A stretch of 63,088 nucleotides of DNA, the filler included, from Reticulomyxa filosa (Eukaryota > Protista > Foraminifera), in assembly GCA_000512085.1 (NCBI GenBank). It is 23 parts of 23 records of this genome, joined end to end, with 100 filler letters (N's around TTAATTAATTAA, not from the genome) between each part and the next. Parts side by side here need not be neighbours in the genome. Positions count along the whole stretch, not along the records: positions 61,602 to 63,088 come from ASPP01005948.1; 22 more parts are not named here. One strand, written 5' to 3'. The position numbers and the translations under genes were made by a program. Shown here in pieces: positions 62,504 to 63,088 of this stretch. Each line of letters begins with the position of its first letter. Position 1 is the stretch's first letter. The notes beneath the pieces are model-generated. The model did not search any database and was not told the DNA's origin. It saw only the letters and a program-made list of their open reading frames with translations.

Positions 62504-63088
62504 TTATTGTTCAAGCATTCGCCGAATACTTTGAGGGGTTTGGTCATCGTTGAGATGCAACGACGAATACTTGATGATATTGACCAATCCACTTAAGTCC
62601 TCTTTGCTTTCATAAATTTGTATGTATTCAGTGCACACCATTGACACCACTTTGGACGCTTTGGTCAAGGACCGACGTTGGAAAGCACCAATTGAATTGG
62701 CATGATCATAAATCCTTTTTTCAAGTCAAAAAAAATTTTAAAAAAAAAATCAAAGTGTTAAAAAAAAACAACTAGCAAATTACGTAACATGAAAGAAGCA
62801 ACCATTGCTCTGAGAATAATCAAATGGTAAGTATTTGTTCCAAATTTATTGGCTCTTAATAAATCAAGACAAGCATTACAGATAGTCCCAATCATATTTA
62901 AGGCAAATTCTGAGGTTTTGATTATGTCAGATACTTGTTTCGTCATGGGTATGGCTTGTGCCAAAAACATGCTTATAAACCCAGCTTTTTCTGCGTTGAC
63001 AGGCAAAAGCAAATCACTCAAAGACTCATCACTGTCACATTTCACTTGTGTGCGTTTGTAATAGCTAAAATCTGTACGCACCCCCCCC
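62504..63088 (-). CDS. CYRI/FAM49 (CYFIP-related Rac interactor, DUF1394), 3' part; exons 63088-62789 and 62714-62504
   Basis: DFSYYKRT, ISMFLAQAIPM, LRAMVASFM|IYDH...GAF and LVNIIKYSSLHLNDDQTP match FAM49 motifs. Confidence 0.88.

Overview
This window is not one locus. It is 23 short contigs joined by an artificial 100-bp spacer (N44-TTAATTAATTAA-N44), so adjacency across spacers has no biological meaning. Twenty-two contigs are AT-rich, intron-containing eukaryotic DNA. Their gene families (WD40 repeats of the GGNGYTICSGS type, RNF213-like AAA fragments, a probable NACHT N-terminus, Kelch-like and Gly-rich repeats) resemble the foraminiferan Reticulomyxa filosa; this is inferred from family recognition, not a search. 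Recognisable host genes are ValRS, a SelT-like selenoprotein with an in-frame UGA missed by the ORF track, a universal stress protein, calcineurin B-like, a MAP2K-like kinase, a USP deubiquitinase, p23, Lines, CYRI/FAM49, a DysF protein, a C2/coiled-coil tail-anchored protein and an intron-containing bacterial-type GalU-like enzyme. Decayed Ty3/gypsy and LINE elements are also present. One contig (6784-10116) is bacterial, probably a Rickettsiales-like alphaproteobacterial symbiont: usg, rlmE, RNase P RNA and a BT1-type transporter, bounded by the two opposite ends of the same IS5-family element. The best leads are (1) the selenoprotein 3' UTR, with a non-canonical SECIS-like hairpin whose oversized apex is bounded by GT...AG like an intron, (2) an unusual intron grammar (GTT donors, A-rich acceptors with no polypyrimidine tract), and (3) the IS-bounded symbiont segment with matching inner flanks. 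Many single-base frameshifts sit in homopolymers and are probably sequencing errors.
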